The notes under the pieces were generated by a model. The model did no database searches and had not been told where the DNA came from. It saw nothing but the letters and a program-made list of their open reading frames with translations. The translations under genes and the position numbers were made by a program. Shown one piece after another: positions 16,116-36,106 of a stretch of DNA of 64,000 bases; the first letter of the stretch is position 1; each line of letters begins with the position of its first letter. The stretch is from the human T2T-CHM13v2.0 reference genome, Homo sapiens. The stretch lies in NCBI RefSeq assembly GCF_009914755.1, contig NC_060934.1; one strand, given 5' to 3'.

Positions 16116-16440
16116 ACAGGTTGCAAACTAGTGACCTGTCAGTTGGATTTGGCCTGTAGGCATGTTTTTGGCTTATAATGTAATTTTTTAAAAATTAGTG
16201 GCCAACAATTAAAAATTGGGAGAGTTTTCAAAAGAAAATGCAGATTTCTGACTCATCTTGAAAAATGGTAAGATGGGCAGCACAGGGCCTGTATTCCCAA
16301 TTGCAGCCCTCAGTGGAGCTAAGTAGGCTGTTCTCCCTGCCATCTGCCCGGCTCTCAGTTGCCATCACTCACTGCATTTGGACTCTTTCTTCATATAGTG
16401 AGCCGAGGGGGGAGTGATAGTCTCATGTTCCTATCAAAAG
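16116..16440 (+). mobile_element. hAT-Charlie non-autonomous DNA transposon (MER102/MER103-like)
   Basis: caggttgcaaact start; ttagtggccaacaattaaaaattgggag...gcagatttctgactcatcttgaaaaat motif. Confidence 0.6.
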
Positions 16441-16457
16441 AGGGAAACCTAAAATAA

Positions 16458-16819
<362 letters not shown>

Positions 16820-17225
16820 TAATGAACATTTCTATTTATATCTGTCAAAAGTCCTGTTTCTTAGGAGTTAAGACATAATTCATAGCAATTAATATATGTG
16901 GAGAAGATACGTAATGAAAAACTAACTAGAAGAGGAATTCAGACATTGAAAGGGATTATTTTAAAGTGAGAATAAAATTAGTAGTGCCGCTGTGAGGAAA
17001 ATAATCTTCACGTACTTACGTATGATGAGAAACTTCCTAAGTGTCTAGAGATGGCAAGAAACTTTGTATGTTTTGCATGACAGTAATTGTAAATATGAGC
17101 TTATCTGGAAATATTGTTTGCATAGATGTTAAAAATATGGGCAGGACAATGTGTACTAAAATGCTGAATTCTAGTGAGGCTGACATAAGCTTATTTTTTA
17201 AATTCTTTAATTTTTGTTTTTATAT

Positions 17226-17515
17226 ATTTTTTGAGACAGGGTCTCATTCTGTCACCCAGGCTGGAGTGCAGTGGTGCTATCACGGGCTCACTGGAGCCTT
17301 GACCTCCCCACGCTCAGGTGATCCTCCCACCTCAGCCTCCTGAGTAGTTGGTGGCGTGCGCCACCATGCCCAACTGATAGTTTGTATTTTTTGTAAAGAT
17401 GAGGTTTCACTGTGTTGCTCAGGCTGGTCTTGAACTCCTGGGCCCACTCAAGCCATCCACCCACCTTGGTCTCTGAAAGTTCTGGGATTACGGGTGTGAG
17501 CCACTGTGCCCAGCC
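17226..17515 (-). mobile_element. AluJ
   Basis: Dimer with J diagnostics. Confidence 0.92.
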
Positions 17516-17795
17516 TGATAGAAGCTTAGAGATTAATATCACCTAGTTAGCTCTGTTTGTGTATGGTATCTGTGTGAATTTTGACTGTTTCTCCCCTCTC
17601 TTCTTTAGTCATTACCCCTGTTTTTGGTTCATTCCTATCAGCAAACAATCTCTGGTAGAGACTTGGTAAGAAAACTCAACCATTCCCTTAAAAAAAGTCA
17701 GCCTCTACCCCTTCCTTAGCCAGATGCTTCAGGGATGGTCTGCTTGCAACACTTCCTGTCCTTCACCTTCTTTCAACTGTTTAACCTGCCTTATT

Positions 17796-18089
17796 CTTTT
17801 TTTTGTGAGACGGAGTCTTGCTCTGTCTCCCAGGCTGGAGTGCAGTGGCGCATGTTGGCTCACTGCAAGCTCTGCCTCCCGGGTTCACGCCATTCTCCTG
17901 CCTCAGACTCCCGAGTAGCTTGGACTACAGGCACCCGCCACCATGCCCGGCTAATTTTTTGTACTTTTTTAGTAGAGACGGAGTTTCATCATGTTAGCCA
18001 GGATGGTCTCGATCTCCTGACCTTGTGATCTGCCCCCCTCCGCCTTCCAAAGTGCTGGGATTACAGGTGTGAGCCACCGCCCCCCACCC
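17796..18089 (-). mobile_element. AluY, inside L2-like sequence
   Basis: gttcacgccattctcc and gttagccaggatggtctcgatctcc diagnostics; TSD tgcct(t/g)attctt. Confidence 0.92.
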
Positions 18090-18899
18090 TTGCCTGATTC
18101 TTATTCTCTTGTCCACCACAGTTTGCATTCCTCAGGCCATTTTTGTCTGCGTCGTTGAGGGCCTCCATTGTCCAGCCCCATCTCCTTTACTCTCTCAGTA
18201 GCATTTGGCACAGCTGGCTCTCCTGTGCCAAACTCTTAGCCGCTGTGACACAACTCTGCATATAGCCTTCCACCTCTTTCAGCATAGTCCAGATGGTGGT
18301 GAGGGACGCTCCAGATCAGGGCTGAGGATGGTGTCTTGTTGGCTTCTGCCCTTACCCTGAATCCCTTAAGCCCTGTGTACAGTGAGTATCATAATTCTGG
18401 CCTTATATACTGTACCCTACATTTTGGGCTAATTTATGAAAGGATAAAAAATAGGACTTGGAAAGTAAAAATAACCCATGTTAAAGAATCTGAACTACAT
18501 TAGTACTTTTTGCCTCTATACTGCACATACAAATGCTTGAATGACTATGATGTAAAGGAAAGGGAGAAGAAACTAAAAATTTGACGTGGGATGTCACATT
18601 CAAATAAGCAGTTTTTTCCCCTTTAGAACATTTGCTTATAACCTAGGTCATTTAACCAGTTGAGGTTCAAGTAGCTCTCAGATCAGCTGGTGCAAGCTTG
18701 AGGGAGAAAAAAAAAAAACCATCCTTACAGATACTTCTCATTCATTAACCTCGAATGTTAGCTTTAATCAGTTTAGGAATTTGTATGCATTTTAGTAACT
18801 CAACACCAACTTGTCAGAAGTTAGCTGAATTTTAGATAATTTCTTTCATTCCAGCCAAAAATAATAATCACAGACATGTTTAAAAAAAAAAAAGGAGTT

Positions 18900-19099
18900 A
18901 ATTGGGAGGCTGAGGCAGGAGGATTGCTTGAGCCCAGGAGTTGGAGACCTGCGTGGACAACGTAGTGAGACTCCATGTCTCCAAAAAAGACAAAGATTAG
19001 CCAGGCATTGTGATACATGGCTGTGGCCCTATCTAGGGATCTGCACTCTAGCCTGGGCGACAGAGCAAGACCCGGTCTCAAAAAAAAAAAAAAAAAAAA
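18900..19099 (+). mobile_element. Internally deleted AluJ
   Basis: Partial left arm joined to the 3' end with poly(A). Confidence 0.85.
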
Positions 19100-19327
19100 G
19101 ACCCTAAGCCTTTTTTTACTGCATATATTCCTATCCATTCTAGGAAAAGTCAGTTGTCAAATCAAAGTGAAAAATTGTTTTCTTTAAAGTGAAGTCAGAT
19201 GGGTAGAATAAAATATACTGATGTTACTGCCATAGTCACAATTCTAAAGCACAACATAATTGTAATAATGTCACAAGCTTACCAAGGTTGCTACATGAAA
19301 CAGAAGAAAATTAAATTTGGTGTTATT

Positions 19328-19446
19328 TATTTTTATAAAGAGACAGCATCTCACTTTGTTGCCCAGGCTGATCTCAAACTCCTGGCTTCAAGCAGTCCTT
19401 GGCTTCCACAGTGTTGGAATTCCAGGCATGAGCCACCCTGCCTGGC
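19328..19446 (-). mobile_element. FLAM / Alu left monomer
   Basis: Monomer match. Confidence 0.8.
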
Positions 19447-19479
19447 CATTATTATCTTTAATAACAATTTACATCAGCC

Positions 19480-20260
19480 ACATTTTTCTTTATGGTTTTT
19501 ACTTTTGATGTCAAACTTAGACATTTTTTTCCCCATTACAGTAGTGTTTTCCAGTTCTTTTATAGTTTTACATTTTATATTTGAACGTTTTATTTATCTG
19601 GAATTAGTTTTGTTGCATAACGTAAGGATCCGACTTAATTTTTTCCCAAATCGTTGGCAAATTCTTTCACCACTCTTTATTGATTTGAGATGTTACTTTT
19701 ATTATATTCTCATATATATTTGGATCTACTTTTGGTCTTTTGTGACCTATCTCTTGACAGTGGAATCACACTGTTTATATCAGTATAGCTTTGGGTACAT
19801 TTTAATACTTGGTAAAGCAAATTTTTCTGACTTTTTCAAAAGTCGAGGATATTTGTTTATTTTTCCAACTGTCTTTAGAAATGTTTTATCTGATTCTACT
19901 GAAAAGTCTGCTAATATTCATTGACTGATTGATTTGATTTGGAGAGGACTACCATCTTTACAGTATATAGTTTACTAATTAATAAATTCGCGTTTCATCT
20001 TTCACAAGTCTTCTTTTTTGACTTTCAGTAAAGTTTTGTAGTTTTTCTCATGTGTTATATTTTTGGGTGCTATTGTGAATGATACTATTTTTCCACTATA
20101 TTTTCTAACCAGTTTTGTTAATACATACACAGCTTACTAATTTTTATTAAATCATTCAACATATTTAACTTCTTTTTCTAATAATTTTCAGTTTATTCTC
20201 ATAGGGGATTTAAAATATATCATCTTTAAATAATAATAACTTTGCTAAATCAGTTTTAAT
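19480..20260 (-). mobile_element. Ancient L1M (L1ME-like) ORF2 fragment
   Basis: Degenerate antisense L1 motifs tttatctggaattagttttg, ttttgggtgctattgtgaatg. Confidence 0.65.
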
Positions 20261-20319
20261 ATATTCACAATTGGGACTTAGTAATATATGGGTTTGGTTA
20301 GTAGTTTTGTATCACATAG

Positions 20320-20607
20320 TTTTCTTTTATTTTGAGACAGAGTCTTGTTCTGTCGCCCAGGCTGAAGTGCAGTGGCGCGATCCTGGCTCACTGCAACTCC
20401 ACCTCGTGGGTTCAAGTGATTCTCCTGCCTCAGTCTCCCTGGTAGCTGGGACTACAGGCACCCACCACCACACCCGGCTAATTTTTATATTTTTAGCAGA
20501 GATGGGGTTTCGCCATCTCCTGATCTCAAACTCATGATCTCAAGTGATCCACCCACCTAGGCCTCCCAAAGTGCTGGGATTACAGGCATGAGCCACTGAG
20601 CCCAGCC
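20320..20607 (-). mobile_element. AluS
   Basis: Dimer match. Confidence 0.93.
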
Positions 20608-20917
20608 ACACATGATTTTCTTTATAGACCCTATTTACAAATTTATGGTCTGAGGTACTGGGGATTAGGACTTTAATATATGAATTTAATTCATTTATTA
20701 AGTGCAAGATTGGTGCAAGGTTGGTGTTTGATGATTTCCTCAGTCTTTATTTTGTGACCACCAGTGAATAACCCAAGTATTTGTGTTTTTAAACACCTTT
20801 ATTTGGTCAAGTATGTCTCATGTCTATAAAAAGTTTTGAATTTATTTTAGCTTAATGTTTGTAGGTGTTTTTTTTTTTTTTTTTTTTGCTATTCTAATTA
20901 TTTTATTTGTTTGTGTG

Positions 20918-21292
20918 GGTTTAGAATAGCAGAAATTTATTGTCTCCCAATTCTAGAGGCTGTACTTCCAAAATCAAGGGATCCAAAATAGGAGTGTCCG
21001 CAGAGCCATGCTCCCTTTAAAGGTACCAGGGAAGGATCTGCTTCTGGCCTCCTTCCTAACTCCCGGTAGCCTCAGGCGTTCCTTGGGTTTCAGATGGCAG
21101 TTTTATCCCTGTCTCTCCCCACATGTCTGTGGTTTCATATCTAGATGTCTCCCTTTTTATAAGGATGGTATAGTCATATAGGATTAGGCCCTACCCTGAT
21201 AATCTCATTTTAACTTGATTACCTCTGTAAAGACCCTATTTACAAATTTATGGTCTGAGGTACTGGTGGTTAGAACTTGAATATATGAATTT
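20918..21292 (-). mobile_element. MLT1B/C-like MaLR LTR fragment
   Basis: cagaaatttattgtctcccaattctagaggctg...ggattaggccctaccct...gaccctattt motifs. Confidence 0.8.
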
Positions 21293-21299
21293 AATTCAT

Positions 21300-23350
<2,051 letters not shown>

Positions 23351-23449
23351 AGTCCATTTCATTCTAATTTCATTTCCAGTTTATTTTTAATTTAAAAAAA
23401 TTGAAGTATAATTTATGGATTTGTGTATTTAGTGAAATGCATAGTTCTT

Positions 23450-23755
23450 TTTTGACTTACTTGTTTATCTGACACAGAATCTCTCTCTCTCATCCAGGCT
23501 GGAGTGCAGTGACATGATCATAGCTCATTGTAGCCTTGAACTTCTAGGCTCAAGCGGTCCTCCTGCCTCAGCCTCCTGAGTAGCTGGGGTTACAGATGTA
23601 TGCCACCATGCCTGGCAGATTTTTAAATTTTTTGTGTAGAGACAGAGTCTTGCTATGTTGGCTAGGCTGGTCTTGAATTCCTGGCCTCAAGCAATTCTCC
23701 TACCTCAGTCTCCCAAAGTGCTGGGATTACAGGCATATGCCACCATGCCCAGTCC
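23450..23755 (-). mobile_element. AluJ
   Basis: Dimer match. Confidence 0.9.
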
Positions 23756-23811
23756 CCATCTTTCTTATGTATTCCGTTTAATCTGTTTTGACAGTGCATA
23801 CGCTTCTGTAA

Positions 23812-24093
<282 letters not shown>

Positions 24094-24094
24094 A

Positions 24095-24550
24095 GAACTC
24101 ATTTGGGCCTGTTGTTTTCTGTTTTGGAAGGTTACTGCTTACTGATGCAATATCTTTAATAGATATAGGCCTATTTGGATTATCTATATCTTCTTGTGTG
24201 AGTTTTGGCATATTGTGTCTTTTAAGGAATTGATCCATGTCATCTAAATTATCAAATTTTTAATCATGTTTGTTCATAATATTCCTTTATAATCCTTTTA
24301 ATGTACATTTAGAAGGGATCTGTAGTGATCTTTTTTTTCATTTCTGATACTAGCTATTTGTGTCATCTTTTTAATTAATTGGCTTAGCTAAAGGCTTATC
24401 AATTTTATGATCTTTTCAAAGAACCAGCTTTTAGTTTTTCTTACTGATTTCCTATTTTCAGTATCATTGATACTATTATATTTTTATTTCTTTTATTCCA
24501 CTTACTTTGGATTTAATTTGCTCTTTGTTTTCTATTTTCCAAAGGTGGAA
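24095..24550 (-). mobile_element. L1M ORF2 fragment
   Basis: Homologous to the antisense L1 region at 700-1000 (tgggcctg..., tcttttcaaagaaccagcttt). Confidence 0.8.
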
Positions 24551-25209
24551 CTGTGAGCTTTGGTCCATTCAACTTATTTCATGTAACGTCAATTCACCGA
24601 AAGAGTTAAGAGATTTGAAGCAATGGCCTGAGTTTGAATCCTAGTTCTCCACTCATTGACAAACCACTTGTCCTGTCTGAACCCTATCTCCCATAAAATG
24701 GAAGAAGGATATTACTTAAGTTATGAGATTGCTTGAAATTCAGTTACAATGTGGGTGAAAACTGATTTTAAACTGTGAAGTGCTACAGTTTTGATATTAT
24801 CACTTCCTTAAATGTACAAAGATTATTTCTTTACAATCACCATTGGAATTTTGCCTCAATTTATGGTCAAACTTTGTCTGGTTTTCAGTTTCCAGAATTT
24901 CCATCTCTCACCTGCTACCCAAATCAGGATGGCTACCAAACCTGCCCATCTTCAGTAATCTTTCGTTTCTCTGATTCATCACAGGTTACTTATAGGGATC
25001 CAGTTATCTTCCCTGAATGTTTCTCAGTATTTGAATTGTAAATTATAATCCTGTCTTGGAACAAAAGAACTTGAACTCATATTGAGTCCTGTGCTCACCT
25101 ATCTGTTTTGATCTTCTTTTATTATGAGTCGTTCATTCATTGTGAAAAATCTCATTTCAGTGATAGGGAAGGCAAAAAAAATCAGTCTCCTGACTTTTTT
25201 CCTCTCCTG

Positions 25210-27516
<2,307 letters not shown>

Positions 27517-27926
27517 TAATGGATGGATTCTCCCCTTCCTGCCTCTCATTTATCTGTTGAAGAATTTTGCCTATTTGACCTGTAGAGTTTCCTATGGTCT
27601 GGATTTTTCTAATTATGTTCCCATGGTACAGTTCAGCTTCTCTCTGTCTCTGTATTTCCCGCAAATTGGCAGCTACACCAAGAGGTGTGATCAGATTCTG
27701 ATGTTCAAGGGCTTTTGTCTATCTTACAGGCAGTCAGTATGCTATTATATTAGGAGACACACAATGTGTGGTTGTGTCTCTGTGATATTATTTTAGTAGC
27801 TTTGATGCTGAATGCTGATTAGGTCTTCATTGGGGTTTGCAAATGTATGATAGTCTAATTCTGTTATCATTTGTTAGCTGACAAACTTTTGTTTAAATTT
27901 TATTTTAAAAATTAATAAAAGCAAGG

Positions 27927-28152
27927 ACAGGAGGATCGCTTGAGCCCAGGAATTGAAGACCACCCTGGTCAACATAGTGAGACATCATTTGTACAAAAAA
28001 TTAGAAAAATTAGCCAGGCGTGGTGGTGTCAACCTGTAGTCCTGGCTGTTCGGGAGGCTGAGATGAGAGGATTGTTTGAGCCCAGGAATTTGAGGGTTGT
28101 GGTAAGCTCTGAGCATGCCACTGCTCTCCAGGGCAAAAAAGAAAAAAAAAAA
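27927..28152 (+). mobile_element. Truncated AluJ
   Basis: Partial dimer with poly(A). Confidence 0.88.
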
Positions 28153-28154
28153 CC

Positions 28155-29135
28155 CTAAAAATAGAGCTTTTGGGGATATACAGTTCTATGAATTTTAACA
28201 CATCTATAGATATAACAAACTACAAGTCATTATACAGAGCAGTTCAGTCACCGGAAAACCTCCTGCTATCCCTTTGCAGTCACACCCCTACTTCACCCCA
28301 ACTCTGGAAACCAGCAACCTGTTTCCTGTCACTCTAGTTTTGTCTTTTTGAAGTACCCTCTTGAGACTGTGTTATTTAGCATTATGCCTTTTGAGGGTCA
28401 TCCAGGTTGTTGCATGTGTGAAGAGTGTTGTCCCTTTCTGTGGTTGATTATCATTCCATTGGATGGATGTGCCAGTTTTTTATTCGTTCACTTTTAGAAG
28501 GACTTACGTGTTGTGTCCAGTTTTTGGCGATGATGAATAGAGCTGCTCTATACATTCATGTATACATTTCTTGCTTGCACATAGGTTACATTTCACCAGC
28601 TAAGTACCTAGGAATGGGATTACCAGCATATTCCTACAGAGCTGTATGCCTTTTAGTTCTCCAGGGAATAGGAAAGACAAGATACATGCTTGTTCTCTCC
28701 TTTTACTGGCAGTTTTTAAAAACAGACTGTTTCTTAGAGCATTTTCAGGTTCACAGCAAAATTGAAGAAGTACGAAGAGTTCCCATATCCCCCCAATCCA
28801 CATGTACATAGCCTGCCCCACTCTCAACATCCCCCACTAGAGTGGCACATTGTTTCCAATTGATGAACCTATGTTGACATGTCCTTATTACGCAAAGTCT
28901 TTAGGCTTCATTAGGGTTCACTCTTGGTGTTGTACATTATATGGGTTATATTATATATTAAATGCAGAGTGATGTCTATTCACCATTATGGTATCATAGA
29001 GAATAGTTTCACTGCCCTATAAATCCTCTGTGCTTTCTGCCTATTTATCGCTCCCTCCTCTCAACCCCTGGCACTGATCTTTTTACTGTCTTCATAGTTT
29101 TGCTGTTTCCAGAAATGTCATATAGTTGGAATTGT
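28155..29135 (-). mobile_element. L1MC/MD 3'-end fragments
   Basis: agagcattttcaggttcacagcaaaattga and cagttctatgaattttaacaca motifs. Confidence 0.75.
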
Positions 29136-30794
29136 AACAATTTTAAAAATAATGAATTTGGTTCCCTATCTTCTCTGAAGGTGATTTTCTTTCCTTTTTG
29201 TTTTTTGAATTGTTATGAACTCATTTGTTGGGGTTCGGTCCATTGTAATTCTTACACCTGTTAAAGCTCAAATTGTTCGTTTTTGGCCAAGGGCAGCCTC
29301 TTCTGGTAGGCTTCTGAGTCCTTCTAAAGTGACTCATAGTCTGTGATTTGTCCCCTCACTACCTTATAAAATGAGACTTTCCGGGAACATCTTTTACAAT
29401 TTCTGCCTCACACCTGGAATATCTCCAAGAAGCCTTGGGTTTTTTTCAGTGGGAAATGGTATTTCAAAACCACTGCCAGGACTGTTGGGGTGTTCTAATG
29501 CTTATTGCTACTGAGTTAGTCTTCGTTTCTAATTCTAAGTGGATAGTGCTGGGAGGTACTACCCTCGGAATCCTGGTTTTCAAGGACATAGGTGTGGTAG
29601 AATATTTGATAATTACTCGTTTATTTTGTCACATATTATGTCTCTGACAGTTACAAAACAACAATACTAATATATCCACCATGGGTTGAAACCAGTTAAA
29701 ACCATTCTTTGCATGCGCTCTCCATTTCCCCCCATTCCCTGTGCAGTTGTCTTCCATATATCACCAGGGCATGTTGCCATTAGAACGCACACCCATTATG
29801 CGCCCTTGTATTCTGTTCCTCTTCGTCCCTGTGTAGTCGACAGGTAACTATTTAGCGCTCACCTCTATTCCTATGTCAGTATCCCTCTATCTACATGGGT
29901 TCTCTCAAACTCATTTTCTAGTAGATATCTCTAGAAGGGCTTATGGGAACAATATTCCCTGAGTTTTTGTATGTTGATAATATGTATAATGTTTATACTC
30001 GAAAGTTCTACTGGCCATAAAATTCTTGGCTTTCATTTTCCTTCCTTGAGTATTTTATTTTCTGGTATAATATGTTGCTTTGGAAAGTTTGTTGTTAATG
30101 TAGTTTTTTTCCCTTATAAATTACTTGATGTTTTTGCCTAGATGCTCAAGTTTATTTTTTCCTTAAAAATCCTGCAATTTTACTATATCTTGGTATTGAT
30201 TATTTTGGCCCAGTATTTTCCAGTATGCAATGTGTGCCTTAAATATGTAGTTTCTAATTTTTTTCTGGTGTCCTGGCATGTCATCCAGGCTGGCCTCTAA
30301 TTCCTGGGCTCAAGTGATCCTCTCGCCTCAGCTTCCCCAATGCTGAGAGTATGGGCTGCATTAGCTCTTTTTTCTTAATTTTGGCAAAAATTTCTTGGAT
30401 TACAGTTTTTAGTGTTGCTTGTTCTCCTGCTTTTGCTTTCTCCAGGGATTCCTGTTATATAAGAAATAGGAACAATTTTTGTTGCTTTCTTTAGAATCCT
30501 ATTATTTCATCATTTCGTTTTTGGTTTTTAGAATTATCTTCCTTCTTACTTTCAATTTCTCGAAGGCATTATCTGTAATATTCATTCTTGTGTTCCTTGG
30601 GTTTTATTCTTCATTTCTCAAATAAATTTTTAAATTTCTAATTACTTACTGAGTCATGTTCTCACATTTCTGAGTTTCTTCTGTTCTGATGTTGTTTTTC
30701 ATGCTTTATATAATTTTCTTAATGTTTTTAGCTCATTTTGAAATACTAATAGTAGGTTCTAATTTTAATCTCCTTTGTGTTTCTGGCCTTCTAG

Positions 30795-31160
<366 letters not shown>

Positions 31161-32201
31161 CCTTCCCCATTTTCTTATAATAACTTCTATGAGATTTGGA
31201 TCTGAAAACTTTGCCATGGGTCAGTTTTATTGGAAGTTCATTTTCCTGAATGTTTGGAAGAAAGCCTAGTGACTCAGGATAGCATTTCTAATTTCACAGA
31301 GTTATTTTTCCGTTATGAAACACAGATTGCCTTTGAGGTCTCTTGTTTCTACTACTGCCCCTCACTTTTATGTGGGCCTCCTCTTTCCTTTGTTTCTGGA
31401 GAACCTTTTCCTGTTCAATTCTGTTTTAATTTTCAGCAGTTTTTTTTCTGTGTGAGTGAGGCTGTTTCCTAGCAGGGAGGTCTGGTTGGTCATTTTCAAG
31501 TTCATCAGGGCTTCATCAGGGCTTGTCCACTTCAACCCTTACGCTATAGGCCCTTTGCACCATCTGCATCTTCAAATGTGCCCACTGTTCGTTCCAATGA
31601 AGACTTGTTTGTTATTTGGCTTGTAGAGGGACATGGAAGAAGCAAATCAGTCTTTACCTCTCTCAAGGCTGGAGATTTGCAGGCACTGGTTTTATCTGTA
31701 ACTGGAGATGAGAGTTCAGGCCAAACACTGGTTTAAAAATCTGTATATGAAATAGCGATACCCTGGAATCTAGGACTGAGATCCTGTGCCTCACACCCAC
31801 CCACGCGGCCAAGTGCCTGCCTGTGGCAGTGACTTCTTAGTGCTCGTCCACATCTAGGTCTTCTTTAGTCCCAGGCTGATGGGAACATTTAATTCCTTTG
31901 CTCCTTGATGTTAGATGGGATCAGATGACTGATGCTGGCCAGTGGACTTTGAGGGAGGTTGTGTTACTTCTGAGTTGGCATAGTGAAAAGCCCATGAAGA
32001 TGCTCTGCTCTCTTTCTTGCCTAGGATATCCCTGGTCATAGGATTCATTTGATGCAGGAACAAGGTGGTCAGCCTGGCTCTTTGAATAACTGGAAATGGC
32101 CCCTGCATACCCGTGTTGGACATATTACATGAGGCAGAAATAAATTTCTGTTGTGCTAAGCCATTGAAATGTTGGGGTTGTTACCACAGCATCACTTAGA
32201 C

Positions 32202-32490
32202 CTGTGCTGTCTAACATGGCAGCCACTAGGCTACATGTGGCCATGAGCACTTGAAATGTGGCTAGTCCTAATTAAGATGTGCTGTAACTTTAAAATAATA
32301 CTATATTTGGAAAAAAAGGTGTAAAATATCTTAATAATTTTTATATTACATATTAACATCTTGTATTCATTGGGTTAAATAAGATGTATTGAAATTATTT
32401 TCAGCTTTCTCTTTAGTTTTTTTCATGAAGCTGCTTAGAAAATTTAAAATTATACACGTGGTCACATTTGTGGCATTATCCGCAGCACTG
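32202..32490 (-). mobile_element. MER33 hAT-Charlie DNA transposon
   Basis: ctgtgctgtc...cagcactg termini; gagcacttgaaatgtggctagtcc motif. Preceded by an MLT1-type 3' end at ~32120-32200. Confidence 0.85.
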
Positions 32491-33132
32491 ACCCCTACCT
32501 TAGTAATTCAGTACCCCTCCCTCATTTTGACAAAAGCTGGTCAGTTGATTGTCAGAGAAACTGAATCAGTGAAACTCCAGATTTGAAGAGAGTACAGAAG
32601 AGGAGTACACTACAGATGGGGATTAAGCGAAAGTCGACCTACTGGATCAGGAGATACACTTCCTTGTCTTTAATTTCTGTCCATGTCCTTTTTCCACTTG
32701 TTTGCAGAGCACTGACAATTGGAGTTATACACTTCACCTAGGAGACTGAAGGACTCTTTTCTAAGAAATCGAATGGCTTCAGGAAAGAGATCAACAGAGC
32801 CCGATATTTAAGGCTCTCCGTATCTGCACAAGCAGGAGTTACCCTGCAGTAAAGCCTGCTAGTTCACAAGCCTCACCTACATGCAGAGAGGGTCCAGTTG
32901 GGGTTGACGAACCACTCTTTATGGGAACAGCACCCAAGATACACCAGACACTGGTGGAAAATTCTAACAGGAATTAACTTGTTAAGGGAAAGATAATAAT
33001 AATATGAGTCTATGTGCATATTATCAGTGATCTGTTTGCATATTAAATAATTCAGATAATGAAAGTACAAGTGAAAAAATGAGTCTTTGCGATAAAGCTC
33101 TTCTCCAGCCATCCCCATTTCTACAATATTTT

Positions 33133-34050
33133 TTTCCAATTTTTAAAATCAAGGTAAAATATACATACCCCAAATTTATCATTTTAACCATTTTTAAGTA
33201 TATAGTTCAGTGGTATTAAATACATTCATAATGTTGTGCAACCATCACCACCATCCATCTCCCATACTCTTTTCATCTGGTGAAGCTGAAAATATACTCA
33301 TCTTGTAAAGCTGAAATAACAACTCTCCCTTCTTCCCTTTCCCCATCCTTGGCAACCATGATTCTACTGATGTCTCTATGATCTTGACTACTAAGTACGT
33401 CATATAAGTGGCATCATTTAGTATTTTTCTTTTTGGTGGCTGGCTTATTTCACTTAGCATAATGTCTTCAAGGTTTATGTTGTGGCATGTCTCAGAATTT
33501 CCCTCCTCCTTAAGGCTGAACAATACTCCATTGTATGCATATACCACATTTTGCTTATCCATTCATTCATCCATGGATACTTGGGTTACTTTCACATTTT
33601 AGCTGTTGTGAATAATGCTGCCATTAACGTGGATATGCAACTAAAAGAGTACTGTAAACAAATGCCAACAAATTGGATAACCTGGATGAAATGGACAGAT
33701 TCCTAGAAACACAAAACCTACTAAGACTAAATAATGAAGAAACAGAATATCAGAATAGACCTGTAACTAGTGAGGAGATTGAATGAGTAATCAAAAATCT
33801 CCTGACAGAAAAGAAAAACCCTGGACCTGATGGCTTCACTGGTGAATTCTACCAAACATTTAAGGAAAAACTAATACCATTCTTCAAGTTTTCAAAAACA
33901 AAAAAAACTGGAGAAAGAGAACCCTTTCCAACTCATTCTATGAGGCCAACATCACACTGACACCAAAGTTAGACAAAGATACTACAAGGAAACTACAGAT
34001 AATACTTCTTAGGAACGTTGATGCCAAAATCTTCAATAAAGTACTAGCAG
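33133..34050 (-). mobile_element. L1M insertion with inverted 5' part (3' end on minus 33133-33640; ORF2 piece on plus 33641-34050)
   Basis: Strand switch at ...gtggatatgcaa|ctaaaagagtactg; the plus piece resembles the ORF2 region [14 protein letters not shown]. Confidence 0.8.
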
Positions 34051-34070
34051 AGTTTCCTCTAATATTTTAA

Positions 34071-34639
<569 letters not shown>

Positions 34640-35395
34640 AGTGCTAGTTTTTCTTGACAGGTCATTTCCTATAGGGAGGGCAGTAGTATAAGCAAAACAA
34701 CAAAATATTCAAAATTCTCAAATAAGTACTATTTATTATTGAAAAACTCAGATAAATGTAGAAGTTATTTTTTCTCTCTATTGAGCAGCAGTTACATATG
34801 CTAGAATCATAGTTTGAATGATTCAGACTGTGTACCTGTGATCTGACATACCTGGATTGGAGTTCCATCTCTGCCACCCACTTTATTTGACTCCATAGAG
34901 AAATTACTCAAGCCCCTTAAGACAGACACTGAAATAGGATACAGTTTCCAAGAAGGCAAGATTTTTTGGATTTTTTTGTTGTTGTTCATTGCTGTATGCT
35001 GAGGTTTAGATTAGTTCCTGGGACACAGAACTAGCAGTCAGTAAATACGTTGAATGAACCCGAAGAATTCCTGCCTCCGAATTGTTTTGGGGATGAAATG
35101 CGGTAATGCATGTAAAGCATTGGGCATGCAAGTGAAGCCAGCCACGTATTAAACAGTACTCAGCTCTTACCTCTGTATCTTATATTCTTATTTCCGTGAC
35201 TGTATCCTCACACATGAAGAAATGGCTACTTATTTATTATTATTATTATTACTATTATTATTGCTACTTATTTTTTAAAGCCACTTACATCTCTGGAGAT
35301 CTCTGTATGTGTGTTAAAAATACCATGTTTTGTAACAATTGGCTTGTCTTAGAAAACTTTTCAATTATACAGAATTTGAGATCTTTACAACTTGA

Positions 35396-35678
<283 letters not shown>

Positions 35679-36106
35679 CACAACTTGAATTTTCATAGCA
35701 AACTAGTTTTTATTGTCAAATTAGAAATTTATGCTTGAAGCCTAGTGCTTCTTTTGCCTGTGCATCTCATCTAAAAGTAATGGCACTTATCACGTCAGCC
35801 TCATGGATTGTGGTAGTGGTTGTTATCCTTGGAATTACCGGTAGGGTAACAGTCTCCAGGCATACCATGGGTTCTTCAGTTATGAGTGGCATAGCTTATG
35901 TACATGTTAACTGTGAATAATAAACGATTTTTCCAACTTACTGCAATACTCTTATTTATGTCTGTAATGTGAATTGTCCAGAGGAGAAGTTGTGGTCAAT
36001 TGATGATTAGGCTGATGGTTTCTGCTAGCTCTGGCAAAAGGTGAATCCAGTTGCTTTCTAGCACTTTTCCTACTAACCCTGCTTCTCACCCTGTACCTAA
36101 TACCAC

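Noticed and set aside
19199-19924. Longest ORF in the track (241 aa, +)
   Set aside because: It reads through an antisense FLAM and an antisense L1M. The F/I/L-rich composition reflects T-rich DNA and shows no domain similarity.
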